Program-made: the position numbers and the translations under genes
Notes under the pieces: generated by a model
The model's database searches: none
What the model was told of the DNA's origin: nothing
What the model saw: only the letters and a program-made list of their open reading frames with translations
Shown here: positions 1 to 10,273 of the stretch, piece after piece
How the letters are laid out: the number at the start of each line of letters is the position of its first letter
Position numbering within the stretch: the first letter of the stretch is position 1
Assembly (NCBI GenBank): GCA_964588705.1
Contig: CAZPQV010000003.1
Span: 12,926-76,925, forward strand
DNA from: an uncultured Chryseobacterium sp.
Lineage (GTDB): Bacteria > Bacteroidota > Bacteroidia > Flavobacteriales > Weeksellaceae
Direction: 5' to 3'
Length of the DNA: 64,000 nt

Positions 1-1651
<1,651 letters not shown>

Positions 1652-1653
<2 letters not shown>

Positions 1654-1686
1654 GGAAGCTGGAAGCTGGAGGCGAGAAGCCCGAAG
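1652..1686. repeat. phased heptamer array, NNNGAAG class
   Basis: AAGGAAG CTGGAAG CTGGAGG CGAGAAG CCCGAAG, starting inside the groL stop codon. Confidence 0.8.
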
Positions 1687-1704
1687 TTTTAACCAATCAT
1701 AATA

Positions 1705-1737
1705 AAATCCGTTCAGAATTTTCTGGACGGATTTTTT
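1705..1737 (+). terminator. intrinsic terminator of groL
   Basis: 12-bp stem AAATCCGTTCAG/CTGGACGGATTT (one G-U pair), 6-nt loop, T-run. Confidence 0.85.
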
Positions 1738-1801
1738 ATTCCCCTCTTTTCAAGAGGTGTTGCCTCGTAACGAAGTGGAGAATACACGGAGTTCAACACT
1801 T

Positions 1802-1857
1802 CTCCCCAACTCTCCAACTCCCCAACTCTCCAACTCTCCAACTCCCCCACTCTCCGA
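1802..1857. repeat. octamer tandem array CTCYCCAA x7
   Basis: CTCCCCAA CTCTCCAA CTCCCCAA CTCTCCAA CTCTCCAA CTCCCCCA CTCTCCGA. Confidence 0.9.
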
Positions 1858-1938
1858 CCAAAAATCGGTCAGGGCTAAAGATTCTGTATTTCAATTTTAA
1901 CTTCCGTCCTGAAAAGACATCTATTAATAAACTCCTTT

Positions 1939-2529
1939 ATGAAAAACTCAAAAATTCTGCATTCAGTATTTGTATTCTCATTATTAATATTATTCAGTTT
2001 TGCAGGAAAAGACGAACCGATTTCGGTAACTGTAAAAATTGAAATGATGCCGGACACCAAGTTCGAACACGGCACTTTAACCATCAAAGAAACCGGACAA
2101 ACATTTGAAATCACCGAAGCAAAAGACTTTACCATTCCTTTAAAAAAAGGAAAATACACTTTCAGATTTACCTCCGAAACACCTCATCTTCTTTCTTATC
2201 CGGGAAAAATAACTGATAAGGAAAACGTTGTAAAAATTGCTTTAGGCACATATAAACTCCATATGCAGGAATACGCCACCGCAGAAAACTGGCAGCAACT
2301 TCTGAAAGAAGAGAAATTAAAATTCGTTCACTTTGGAATTGCTCCGGCCAATGAAAAGGAATTCTTCGAAAAATACAGAATCGGCGTGAAAAGCGAAGGA
2401 TGCGTTATTACACCAACACTATCAACAGCCACAAAAACCAATAATGAAATCGTAGCCGATTATCTTTCTTCAAAATTTGGAGAAAACTGGAAAAAAGAAC
2501 TGAAGTTTACACCTTTCGGATTAGAATAA
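1939..2529 (+). CDS. hypothetical exported protein
   Basis: 196-aa ORF with ATG start. N-terminal hydrophobic signal-like segment SVFVFSLLILFSFAG. No family recognised with confidence. Confidence 0.6.
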   Translation: MKNSKILHSVFVFSLLILFSFAGKDEPISVTVKIEMMPDTKFEHGTLTIKETGQTFEITEAKDFTIPLKKGKYTFRFTSETPHLLSYPGKITDKENVVKIALGTYKLHMQEYATAENWQQLLKEEKLKFVHFGIAPANEKEFFEKYRIGVKSEGCVITPTLSTATKTNNEIVADYLSSKFGENWKKELKFTPFGLE

Positions 2530-2570
2530 AAAAGCACTGGAAGAGTTTATAACCTTACCATTTTTTGGTT

Positions 2571-2786
2571 CTATGAATAGGCCTCTTTGAAACGGGCAAT
2601 CAGTTCATCCAGTTTTTCGATGTGTACATAAACCGTTTTCACTTCGACAAACTTTGGCGATTTGTAATAAACTTCATGGAAATCCATATTTCCATTGCCT
2701 ACTTTTACGATTTTCAGAACTTCAATATTCAGTTTTTTCAATTCGTCTTTCAACACTTGAAATTCATCGTTGATATGCGTTTCCAT
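2571..2786 (-). CDS. small hypothetical protein (71 aa)
   Basis: ORF 12 nt downstream of the ABC exporter on the same strand. Charged helical composition, no recognised family. Confidence 0.4.
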   Translation of the reverse strand: METHINDEFQVLKDELKKLNIEVLKIVKVGNGNMDFHEVYYKSPKFVEVKTVYVHIEKLDELIARFKEAYS

Positions 2787-2797
2787 AGTTTTATTAA

Positions 2798-4549
2798 TTA
2801 GTTTTCTTCGCTTTCTTCCAGTTCGTGTTTCAGCTGTGCTTTATACAGCGTAGCGTAATATCCGTTGCGTTGCAGCAGTTCAGTGTGCTTTCCTTCTTCC
2901 ACAATTTTACCACCATCCATTACGATAATTTTATCAGCTTTTTCAATTGTTGAAAGTCGGTGAGCAATGATAATCGATGTTCGGTTTTGGGTAATTTTTT
3001 CAGTAGCCCTTTGGATCAGTTTTTCACTTTCGTGGTCGATTGAAGATGTTGCTTCATCCAAAATCAATATTTTCGGATTAGAAAGATAAGCGCGAAGGAA
3101 CGACAGTAGCTGTCTTTGTCCCAATGAAATGGAAGAACCTCTTTCACTCACCACATAATCATATTCACCCGGAAGCTGTCTGATAAAATCATCTACTTCG
3201 ATTTCAGCAGCAGCTTTTTTTATTTTATCTAAAGTAATAGTGTCATCACCAAAAGCGAGATTCTCGTAAATACTTCCGTGGAACAGGAAAACATCCTGCA
3301 GCACGACACCAATATGACTTCTTAAGTTGTAAAGTTCGTAATCTTTCAGATTAACATCATCAATTAAAATACTTCCGGAATTGATGTCGTAAAGTCGGGT
3401 AATTAAACTGATAATGGTGGTTTTTCCGGCTCCTGTTGCACCGACAATCGCTACACTTTCACCCGGATTAACTTTGAAACTGATACCTTTCAGCACTTCC
3501 TGCTTCTCATCATAAGAAAAACGCACATCACGAAATTCGATCTTGCCTTCAAATTCATCTTTCATCACTTTCCCCTCATTCGTCATCTGGAAATCTTCAT
3601 CAATTAAGCCAAGAACACGCTCTGCACCAACAATTCCTCGCTGGATGTTGTTGAAACGGTCGGCTATCTGTCTCAACGGACGAATCAGCATTGAAATATA
3701 CTGGATGAAGGCAATTACAACCCCAGCTGTAATCGTGATATACCCTCCATAAAAAAGAATGAATCCGATAAATACAGAAGAAATCAGTTCAACCACCGGA
3801 AAGAAAAGAGAGAAGATGAATACAGTTCTCAACAGCGCACCTTTCAGGGTTATGTTGATTTCATCAAACTTTTTAAATTCCTGTTCTTCCCTGTTGAACA
3901 CCTGAATGATTTGCATCCCTGCTAAACGCTCCTGCACGAAGGAATTCTGATTTGCAGTCCAGGTTCTTTCATCTCCAAATGCTTTTTTCAATCGCTTCTG
4001 GAAAAATCTCGTAATAACCACCATCAGTGGAAGAATCACCAACGAAATATAGGTAAGATTGGCGTCCGTCTGATACATCATAATTAATACAAAAATGATT
4101 CTCAGAACATCTCCAAATACCATCAGAAAACCGTCGGTATAAACCGTGGCAATGGTTTCAACATCGCCAACAGCACGTGTTACCAGTTGACCGATAGGCG
4201 TTTTATCGAAAAAAGAGGTTTTAAAATAAATCAGTTTGTTGTAAAGTCTTTCACGGATGTCGCGGATAACATTCTGCGAAATGAAATTAGAAAACCATAC
4301 GAGGAAAAAGTTTAGAAAAGTTTCCAACACCACCAAACCGATTAGCCAGTAGATGTGCTTCATCATTTGGTTTTTGTCACCCAGTTTAATGATGTCGATA
4401 TCCACAATCTGCATCGTGAGATAAGGTCTGTACGTAGAAACCACCGATAGTAAAATAGAAATTACCAATGCAATGATGAACCACGACCGGAATTTCATCC
4501 CAATCGTGAAAAGTCTTTTGATAATTTGCCAGGTGCTTTGCTTTTTCAT
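2798..4549 (-). CDS. ABC transporter permease/ATP-binding fusion (type I exporter, MsbA-like)
   Basis: 583 aa. N-terminal six-TM-type region, then Walker A GATGAGKTT, signature LSLGQRQ and Walker B ILILDEATS. Confidence 0.9.
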   Translation of the reverse strand: MKKQSTWQIIKRLFTIGMKFRSWFIIALVISILLSVVSTYRPYLTMQIVDIDIIKLGDKNQMMKHIYWLIGLVVLETFLNFFLVWFSNFISQNVIRDIRERLYNKLIYFKTSFFDKTPIGQLVTRAVGDVETIATVYTDGFLMVFGDVLRIIFVLIMMYQTDANLTYISLVILPLMVVITRFFQKRLKKAFGDERTWTANQNSFVQERLAGMQIIQVFNREEQEFKKFDEINITLKGALLRTVFIFSLFFPVVELISSVFIGFILFYGGYITITAGVVIAFIQYISMLIRPLRQIADRFNNIQRGIVGAERVLGLIDEDFQMTNEGKVMKDEFEGKIEFRDVRFSYDEKQEVLKGISFKVNPGESVAIVGATGAGKTTIISLITRLYDINSGSILIDDVNLKDYELYNLRSHIGVVLQDVFLFHGSIYENLAFGDDTITLDKIKKAAAEIEVDDFIRQLPGEYDYVVSERGSSISLGQRQLLSFLRAYLSNPKILILDEATSSIDHESEKLIQRATEKITQNRTSIIIAHRLSTIEKADKIIVMDGGKIVEEGKHTELLQRNGYYATLYKAQLKHELEESEEN

Positions 4550-4561
4550 TCAGAACAGATG

Positions 4562-4569
4562 CAAATTTA
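4562..4569 (-). promoter_or_regulatory. -7 box TAAATTTG (Bacteroidota sigma-A consensus TAnnTTTG)
   Basis: 12 nt upstream of the ABC exporter ATG. Confidence 0.45.
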
Positions 4570-4581
4570 CGAAAAAGAGCG

Positions 4582-4630
4582 GAGTTTTGAATTTCGAGTT
4601 TCGGGTTTCGAGCTTCGAGCTCTTGAATTC
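4582..4630. repeat. phased heptamer array, GAGNTTC class
   Basis: GAGTTTT GAATTTC GAGTTTC GGGTTTC GAGCTTC GAGCTCT TGAATTC. Confidence 0.8.
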
Positions 4631-4682
4631 TAGTCCCAGAAATATCATTTCTAAATAACTTGGTGAGCTTAAATTATGCTAT

Positions 4683-4751
4683 GAAGTCGCGGAGCGACGA
4701 ATATTGGTAGAAAATGTAATGAGAAAAAATGCGAAGCGCCAGAGGCGCGAC
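4683..4751. repeat. REP-like hairpins, left flank of RAYT
   Basis: GTCGC-GGA-GCGAC and GCGCC-AGA-GGCGC, each a 5-bp GC stem with a 3-nt loop. Confidence 0.75.
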
Positions 4752-4768
4752 TTATTGGTTCAGAAAAA

Positions 4769-5236
4769 TTATCGTAATTCTTTAAAAATAAATTTTTCAT
4801 CAAAATCTATTTCAAATGCTTTTAAAAAATCAATATATTCTGATTTAAATGATTTCTTTTGGTGATGCTTTTCCTGATTATTGATATATTTTACTACTGA
4901 ATCAATTTGTGATTTGCTATAAGAAAATGCTCCAAAACTGTCCTGCCATTCAAATCTCGAAGATGTAAAACCTTTTTCATTAATCCATCTTGAAGAATTG
5001 CTTTTGATATCTTTTACTAAATCTGACAGTGATTGAGTCGGTCGCATTCCTATAAGTATATGGATATGATCGGGCATTCCGTTAATTGCAAGAAGTTTAT
5101 GTTTCTTGTTTTGGATTATAGCTGTAATATATTTATACAACTCATCTCTCCATTCAGATTTGATTTGTGAATCTCTGAATTTCACAGCAAAAACAATTTG
5201 GATATGTAATTGTGTATAGGTATTATTTTCAGCCAC
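4769..5236 (-). CDS. REP-associated tyrosine transposase (RAYT; IS200/IS605 TnpA-like Y1 HUH enzyme)
   Basis: 155 aa with GTG start. HUH motif in PDHIHILIG and catalytic Tyr region KYINNQEKHH (Y-x3-Q-x2-HH type). Flanked by inverted GC-rich hairpin repeats. Confidence 0.85.
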   Translation of the reverse strand: MAENNTYTQLHIQIVFAVKFRDSQIKSEWRDELYKYITAIIQNKKHKLLAINGMPDHIHILIGMRPTQSLSDLVKDIKSNSSRWINEKGFTSSRFEWQDSFGAFSYSKSQIDSVVKYINNQEKHHQKKSFKSEYIDFLKAFEIDFDEKFIFKELR

Positions 5237-5294
5237 GAATTTTGGATTTGAGATAAAGATAAGGAAATGAAAACCAAATGATTTTAATCAAGAT

Positions 5295-5363
5295 GTCGCG
5301 CCTCTGGCGCTTCACAATTATAACAACTTGTTTGCTACCGATATTGCGTCGCTCTATGACTAC
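5295..5363. repeat. REP-like hairpins, right flank of RAYT (inverted copies)
   Basis: GCGCC-TCT-GGCGC hairpin plus a degenerate copy of the outer hairpin. Confidence 0.75.
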
Positions 5364-5408
5364 GTCAAAATTGATGTCTCAAACTCACCAATTTTTCATC
5401 TTTCCACT

Positions 5409-6140
5409 CTAAAACTCATACCCAACATCCACCAGAAACAATCCGTGGGCCGGTGCAGAAGTCCCGGCAGAATTGCGGTTTTTATCTTCAATGATTTTCC
5501 GTAAATCTGAAGGCTGAATTTTCCCTGAACCAACTTCAACCATGGTTCCCACAATCGCGCGCACCATATTTCTGAGGAAACGGTTGGCAGAAATGGTAAA
5601 TTTCAGTTCCGATCCATTTTGCTCCCATTCTGCTTTGTAAATTTTGCAGAGATTGGTTTTATTGTCGCCCCCGATTTTTGCAAAACTCTCAAAATCTTCG
5701 TACTCAAACAGGATTTTGCAGGCTTCACTCATTTTTTTAACATCTAAAGGACGTTTCCAATGTTGCCATGCAGAATTTTGTGTAAACGGATTTTTCTCCA
5801 AAGAAATATAATATTCATACGTGCGGAAAGTCGCATCAAACCGGGCGTGAAAATCGTCTTTAACCTGAAAAATTCTTTTAACAGAAATATCTGGTGGTAA
5901 AAAACTGTTGAGCTGTTGAGGAAATTTCTCACTCAAAATTTGTTCGGTATCAAAATGAGCAAACATCTTTTTAGCATGAACTCCGGTATCGGTTCTTCCG
6001 GCGCCGGTAGTTTTAATTTCTTCACGAAGAATGGTTGACATCGCTTTTTCAAGTTCTTCCTGTACCGAAATTTCGTTCGGCTGAATCTGGTAACCGAAAT
6101 AGTTTTGTCCGTTGTAAGAAAATTCGATGAAGTATCTCAA
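5409..6140 (-). CDS. truA: tRNA pseudouridine(38-40) synthase TruA
   Basis: GAGRTDTGVHA catalytic Asp motif. I prefer the TTG start giving M-RYFIEFSYNG (typical TruA N-terminus) over the longer ORF-track start at 6239. Confidence 0.9.
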   Translation of the reverse strand: MRYFIEFSYNGQNYFGYQIQPNEISVQEELEKAMSTILREEIKTTGAGRTDTGVHAKKMFAHFDTEQILSEKFPQQLNSFLPPDISVKRIFQVKDDFHARFDATFRTYEYYISLEKNPFTQNSAWQHWKRPLDVKKMSEACKILFEYEDFESFAKIGGDNKTNLCKIYKAEWEQNGSELKFTISANRFLRNMVRAIVGTMVEVGSGKIQPSDLRKIIEDKNRNSAGTSAPAHGLFLVDVGYEF

Positions 6141-6172
6141 TTTTGTAAATTTGCAGGACAAAAATAAGACTT

Positions 6173-6667
6173 TTGACGAAGATTCTCTTACTTTCCGACA
6201 CACATTCGCATATGGATGACCGCATTCTTGAGTATGCAAAACAGGCTGATGAAATTTGGCATTGCGGAGATTTTGGAAGTATGGAGGTGATTGAAGAACT
6301 TGAAAAAATAAATTCTGTAAAAGGAGTTTATGGAAACATTGATAATGATAAAATCAGAAAATGCTTTTCGGAAGTCAGCCGTTTTAAATGTGAAGGTGTC
6401 GAAGTTCTGATGATTCACATCGGTGGTTATCCCGGAAAATATTCGCCTTTAGCAAGGAAAGAGATTTTAGAAAAACAACCAAAGTTATTTATTTCAGGGC
6501 ATTCACATATTCTGAAAGCGATGTATGACGAGAAAAATCAATTACTTCATCTGAATCCCGGAGCCTGCGGAAAACAGGGATGGCATAAAACTAGAACGAT
6601 GATGCGCTTTGAAATTGATGGCACCGAAATAAAAAATCTTGAAATAATCGAATTGGGAAGCAGATGA
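6173..6667 (+). CDS. metallophosphoesterase (YfcE/MJ0936-type phosphodiesterase)
   Basis: 164 aa with TTG start. Motifs LLLSDTHSH, CGDF, GNID, SGHSH. Confidence 0.85.
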   Translation: MTKILLLSDTHSHMDDRILEYAKQADEIWHCGDFGSMEVIEELEKINSVKGVYGNIDNDKIRKCFSEVSRFKCEGVEVLMIHIGGYPGKYSPLARKEILEKQPKLFISGHSHILKAMYDEKNQLLHLNPGACGKQGWHKTRTMMRFEIDGTEIKNLEIIELGSR

Positions 6668-7158
6668 AAATAGGTGATAAAGTTTCGGTAATTGATGATG
6701 ATTTGGAGGGAACTGTAACTTCTGTACACGGCGAAACGGTTGTATTTGCTGATGAGCACGGCTTTACACACAAACTTTCAAAAGAAAAACTGGTTATCCG
6801 AAATCAGTCTTTATATGAAAACATCAGGGTTGAAAAGAAATACGAGCACAATAAAAAACTTTCAAAAAAACACAGCAAAAACCATATGGTTCTTGATCTT
6901 CATTTCGAAAAATTAGTAGATAATCCTTTGGCTTACGAAAGTTTTGAAAGATTATTCATTCAAAAAGAAAAACTGATTGAAACCCTTGATTTCTGCCGTA
7001 AGAACAATCTTAAAAAAATGGAAATCATTCATGGACTTGGCGACGGAACTTTGCAAAAAATGGTTTACGACGTATTGGAAAGCCAGATTGGATTAGATTT
7101 TCATAATAAGGAAATCCTTCATCATCAGTCCGGTTCCGTGATCGTAAATTTCAAGTGA
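6664..7158 (+). CDS. Smr domain-containing protein
   Basis: 164 aa. ATGA start/stop overlap with the upstream gene. C-terminal Smr-like block LDLHFEKL ... IIHGLGDGTLQKMVYDVL. Confidence 0.7.
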   Translation: MKIGDKVSVIDDDLEGTVTSVHGETVVFADEHGFTHKLSKEKLVIRNQSLYENIRVEKKYEHNKKLSKKHSKNHMVLDLHFEKLVDNPLAYESFERLFIQKEKLIETLDFCRKNNLKKMEIIHGLGDGTLQKMVYDVLESQIGLDFHNKEILHHQSGSVIVNFK

Positions 7159-7485
7159 TTATTTTTTGTCTCTCGCGACAACCGGAAGTAATTGAAAACT
7201 GGTAGCATAAAACTTCCCTTTCCTGATTTCACCCGAAACATTTGCTTTTCTCACCATTTCACAGAATCCATTGGAAGCGTGCGCATCACCGTGGTCATCA
7301 ATTCCGGTGCCTTCCACACTGTAGATTCTTTGATTGATTTTTACATACAAACTGCAGGATTTATCTTTTTTCTTATCGAACTGGCATAAACCACAGGAAG
7401 CATCCACGACTTGATTAACAATATTTTTCTGTCCAAAAGCCAGAAAAGAAAACAGAAACAGGAAGAAAAACAGATATTTTTTCAT
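7159..7485 (-). CDS. hypothetical secreted Cys-containing protein
   Basis: Start moved to the ATG giving MKKYLFFFLFLFSFLAFGQ (signal peptide). Mature part has five Cys. Family not recognised with confidence. Confidence 0.55.
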   Translation of the reverse strand: MKKYLFFFLFLFSFLAFGQKNIVNQVVDASCGLCQFDKKKDKSCSLYVKINQRIYSVEGTGIDDHGDAHASNGFCEMVRKANVSGEIRKGKFYATSFQLLPVVARDKK

Positions 7486-7595
7486 TGACATAATTTTTTT
7501 CACTGATAAAAATACATTTTTTTTAGTAACACAGGTTAAAGCGAACACATATTTTCAAGCGCCAAATTATTTTAATAAATTTGCTCACTTCAATA

Positions 7596-8312
7596 ATGGA
7601 AAAACTCAATTTACTTTTTACAAAAGACGGCCTGCAATATCAGATTACACGCAACAGAAGTATTCTGGAAGAAAACGCTTTTTTTGAAAATGAGGAAACT
7701 CCTACAAACTTTGTTTCAGATAGATTGGACGAAATTCTAACAAAACAATTCGCAGAGATTTCTGTTTTTTCGGCATTGAATCATTTTGCAATGATGCCTG
7801 AAGGTTTTGCAGAACACGATTTGGGTTATGACCTTATTGCATACAACGCTCCGGTAAATAAAGAAATTGAGGAACTCATGCTTTCGGTAAATAAGAAGTT
7901 TGGCGTGCAGTTTTATTATACTTTTCCGAAGGACATCTATCAAAAAATTAAAGCAAAAAATCTTCCGGCAAAGTTCAATTTTTCTGGAGAGAAATTTCTG
8001 AATTCCATCAATGCAAAAGGAGGTAAGGAAATTCACGTGAACCTTTATCATAATCAGTGTGAATTTTTTGCTTTTGAAAATAAAAAAATAGTCCTTTACA
8101 ATAATCTGGATGTAAATTCGGAAGTAGATTTTCTATATTTCGTGATGTTTACCTTAAGCAAAATCGGTTTCGGAATTAACGAAACGAATTTTTATGTGTA
8201 CGGCGAAACCTCTGAAAATGAGACTTTTATTTCTGAACTGAGAAAATTTGTGAAGAATCTGAAAATTGTGTTCGATAATATTCCGGGAAAGAATTTTATT
8301 CTTGTTGGATGA
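7596..8312 (+). CDS. conserved Bacteroidota hypothetical protein (DUF3822-like, assignment tentative)
   Basis: About 238 aa from the ATG at 7596. Sits upstream of rsmD, as I recall for DUF3822 genes in Bacteroidota. No motif-level proof. Confidence 0.55.
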   Translation: MEKLNLLFTKDGLQYQITRNRSILEENAFFENEETPTNFVSDRLDEILTKQFAEISVFSALNHFAMMPEGFAEHDLGYDLIAYNAPVNKEIEELMLSVNKKFGVQFYYTFPKDIYQKIKAKNLPAKFNFSGEKFLNSINAKGGKEIHVNLYHNQCEFFAFENKKIVLYNNLDVNSEVDFLYFVMFTLSKIGFGINETNFYVYGETSENETFISELRKFVKNLKIVFDNIPGKNFILVG

Positions 8313-8338
8313 TGGATGTTGGATGCTCGATGACGTTT
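8304..8338. repeat. phased heptamer array, G-TGGAT class (left arm of an inverted pair)
   Basis: GTTGGAT GATGGAT GTTGGAT GCTCGAT GACGTTT. Overlaps the stop codon of the upstream gene. Confidence 0.8.
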
Positions 8339-8397
8339 TCAAAGGCAATTCACATTCATTTCATAATTCTTAATTTTAAATTCCAAATCTTTTTAAC

Positions 8398-8751
8398 ATG
8401 AGTTTTAAGTTTGAAAAATTATTTATTTGGCAGGACTCAATGGAATTTGCTGAAAAGATTTATGAAATCTCAAAATCATTTCCAAAGGAAGAAACCTATA
8501 ATTTGACATCTCAAATCAGACGAGCTGCAGATTCTATCGCATTAAATACTTCTGAAGGGAGTATTTTGCAAAGTAATCCTGAATTCAGACGATTTCTTAG
8601 TTTTTCTATAAGATCAATTGCGGAAGTTGTTACGTGCTTATATAAAGCTAAAAACCGAAATTATATTTCAAATGAAGATTTCTCATTGAACTATGCTTTT
8701 TGCTACAAATTAATGAATCATATAATCGCCTTCAGAAATAAACTAGACTGA
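8398..8751 (+). CDS. four helix bundle protein (23S rRNA IVS protein / Avd-like family)
   Basis: 117 aa. N-terminus FEKLFIWQDSMEFAEKIYEISKSFPKEETYNLTSQIRRAADSIALNTSEG is typical of this family. Confidence 0.8.
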   Translation: MSFKFEKLFIWQDSMEFAEKIYEISKSFPKEETYNLTSQIRRAADSIALNTSEGSILQSNPEFRRFLSFSIRSIAEVVTCLYKAKNRNYISNEDFSLNYAFCYKLMNHIIAFRNKLD

Positions 8752-8754
8752 TTG

Positions 8755-8789
8755 AAACATCCCGCACCCATCACCTAACACCCAACAAA
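8755..8789. repeat. phased heptamer array, NNNCACC class (right arm of an inverted pair)
   Basis: AAACATC CCGCACC CATCACC TAACACC CAACAAA. The reverse complement of 8758-8786 matches 8304-8332 at 21/29 without gaps. Confidence 0.8.
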
Positions 8790-8792
8790 AAT

Positions 8793-9380
8793 ATGTTTAG
8801 AATTATAAGTGGTAAATGGAAAGCAAAAAAAATTGCTGCCCCAAAAAATTTCGACGTTAGACCTACGACTGATTTTGCAAAAGAAGCACTGTTCAGCATT
8901 ATTGAGCACCGGTACGATATGGAATTTATTTCTGTATTGGACTTGTTTGCCGGAATTGGTTCCATCACTTTAGAGTTTGCATCGCGCGATTGCCCTGACA
9001 TTACTTCAGTTGAAATGAATCCGAAACATTGCAGTTTTATCAATTCCACTGCTGCGGAATTGGACATGTCAATGCAGATTAATGTTCAAAGAGCCGACGT
9101 TTATGATTGGTTGAAGAAAAACAGAAACAAAAAACAATACGACATTGTTTTTGCAGATGCACCGTTTGAGTCCACCGATGAAAAGAAATATCACGAGCTG
9201 ATTTCTTTAGTTCTGAACAATAATTACGTGAAGGAAAACGGGGTTTTCATTATGGAACATCAGAGCCGACTGAAATTTCAGCATCCTCACCTTCTCGAAA
9301 CCAGAAAATATGGCAACGTGAGTTTCTCCTTTTTCAGAAAAGATGAAGAGGAAGTAGAAAGTATTGAAGAGCAGGCTTAA
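8793..9380 (+). CDS. rsmD: 16S rRNA (guanine966-N2)-methyltransferase RsmD
   Basis: MFRIISGKWKAKKI, RPTTDFAKEALFSII, SAM-binding VLDLFAGIGS, and the catalytic-loop equivalent FADAPF. Confidence 0.88.
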   Translation: MFRIISGKWKAKKIAAPKNFDVRPTTDFAKEALFSIIEHRYDMEFISVLDLFAGIGSITLEFASRDCPDITSVEMNPKHCSFINSTAAELDMSMQINVQRADVYDWLKKNRNKKQYDIVFADAPFESTDEKKYHELISLVLNNNYVKENGVFIMEHQSRLKFQHPHLLETRKYGNVSFSFFRKDEEEVESIEEQA

Positions 9381-10207
9381 AGAACCATCAGTTCCAATTC
9401 AATTGCTTTACCAAAAATCTTTTTAGAAATTTTCTCGAAATTCTTTGTCAGATCCGATACGTAGAAATGGTAAGTTGGTTTCGGATTCTCGGTATTTAAC
9501 AGATGATGCTGTTCCAAAACCATTCTCAATTGGTTGGCAACAATACTCGGCGAATCAATCACTCGAACACGGTTTCCGTAATATTGCTTGATTTCATCAA
9601 TCAGAAGCGGATAATGCGTGCAACCGAGAATAAGCGTTTCAATATTTTTTAACTTGCTGTTACTCAAATAATTAAAAATAATAGCATGAGTAATCGGATG
9701 ATTTTTGAATCCCTCCTCAATTGCCGGAACCAAAAGTGGTGTTGCCAATTCATCCACCTTAATAAACTTATTATGTTTGCGGATGCTTTTCTTGTAAAGT
9801 CCGGAATTCACCGTTGCTTTCGTGGCAATTACACCGACGTTATTATGTATTTCGTAAGAAACTTTTTCGGCCACGGGATTAATGACATCAATCACCGGAA
9901 TTCGGTTGCCAACCAATTCAAGAACCTCTTTTAAAGCATTAGCAGTCGCAGAATTACATGCAATCACAATCGCTTTACAGTTTTTTTCTAAAAGAAACTG
10001 CGTGATTTTGGTAACATATCCGATAATGGCTTCCTGAGATTTTTCACCGTACGGAAGATGTTTTGTGTCGCCAAAATAGATTAGATCTTCGTGAGGAAGA
10101 AGGCGTTTGATTTCTTTTGCAACCGTCAAACCACCAACGCCGGAATCGAAAATTCCGATGGGTTGTTTTGGTTGTAAATGCGAATAATCCGGTTTTTTTG
10201 TTTTCAA
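9377..10207 (-). CDS. murI: glutamate racemase
   Basis: GIFDSGVGGLTV, ACNSATA and GCTHYPLL motifs. TTG start. Confidence 0.92.
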   Translation of the reverse strand: MKTKKPDYSHLQPKQPIGIFDSGVGGLTVAKEIKRLLPHEDLIYFGDTKHLPYGEKSQEAIIGYVTKITQFLLEKNCKAIVIACNSATANALKEVLELVGNRIPVIDVINPVAEKVSYEIHNNVGVIATKATVNSGLYKKSIRKHNKFIKVDELATPLLVPAIEEGFKNHPITHAIIFNYLSNSKLKNIETLILGCTHYPLLIDEIKQYYGNRVRVIDSPSIVANQLRMVLEQHHLLNTENPKPTYHFYVSDLTKNFEKISKKIFGKAIELELMVL

Positions 10208-10224
10208 ACTGAGTTTATTTAGTG

Positions 10225-10232
10225 CAAAAATA
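10225..10232 (-). promoter_or_regulatory. -7 box TATTTTTG
   Basis: 17 nt upstream of the murI TTG start. Confidence 0.4.
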
Positions 10233-10242
10233 CTTAAAATTC

Positions 10243-10270
10243 GATATTTGAAATCTGAAATCTACCTTTC
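10243..10270. repeat. phased heptamer array, GAAATCT class
   Basis: GATATTT GAAATCT GAAATCT ACCTTTC, between the hemW stop and the murI start. Confidence 0.7.
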
Positions 10271-10273
10271 GGA

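Larger units (their letters stand above)
4683..5363 (-). mobile_element. RAYT unit: Y1 transposase gene with nested inverted REP-like hairpins on both sides
   Basis: Inner pair: 4731-4751 GCGAAGCGCCAGAGGCGCGAC versus 5295-5313 GTCGCGCCTCTGGCGCTTC, a perfect reverse complement over 19 nt. Outer pair: 4683-4710 versus 5335-5363, about 22/28 matching as a reverse complement. Confidence 0.8.

Noticed and set aside
5232-5240. GCCACGAAT at the RAYT start codon as evidence that CACGAAT hairpins are the cognate REPs of this RAYT
   Set aside because: It is a single 9-mer overlapping coding sequence. The gene is instead flanked by a different, clearly inverted hairpin pair. Kept only as a note inside the CACGAAT finding.
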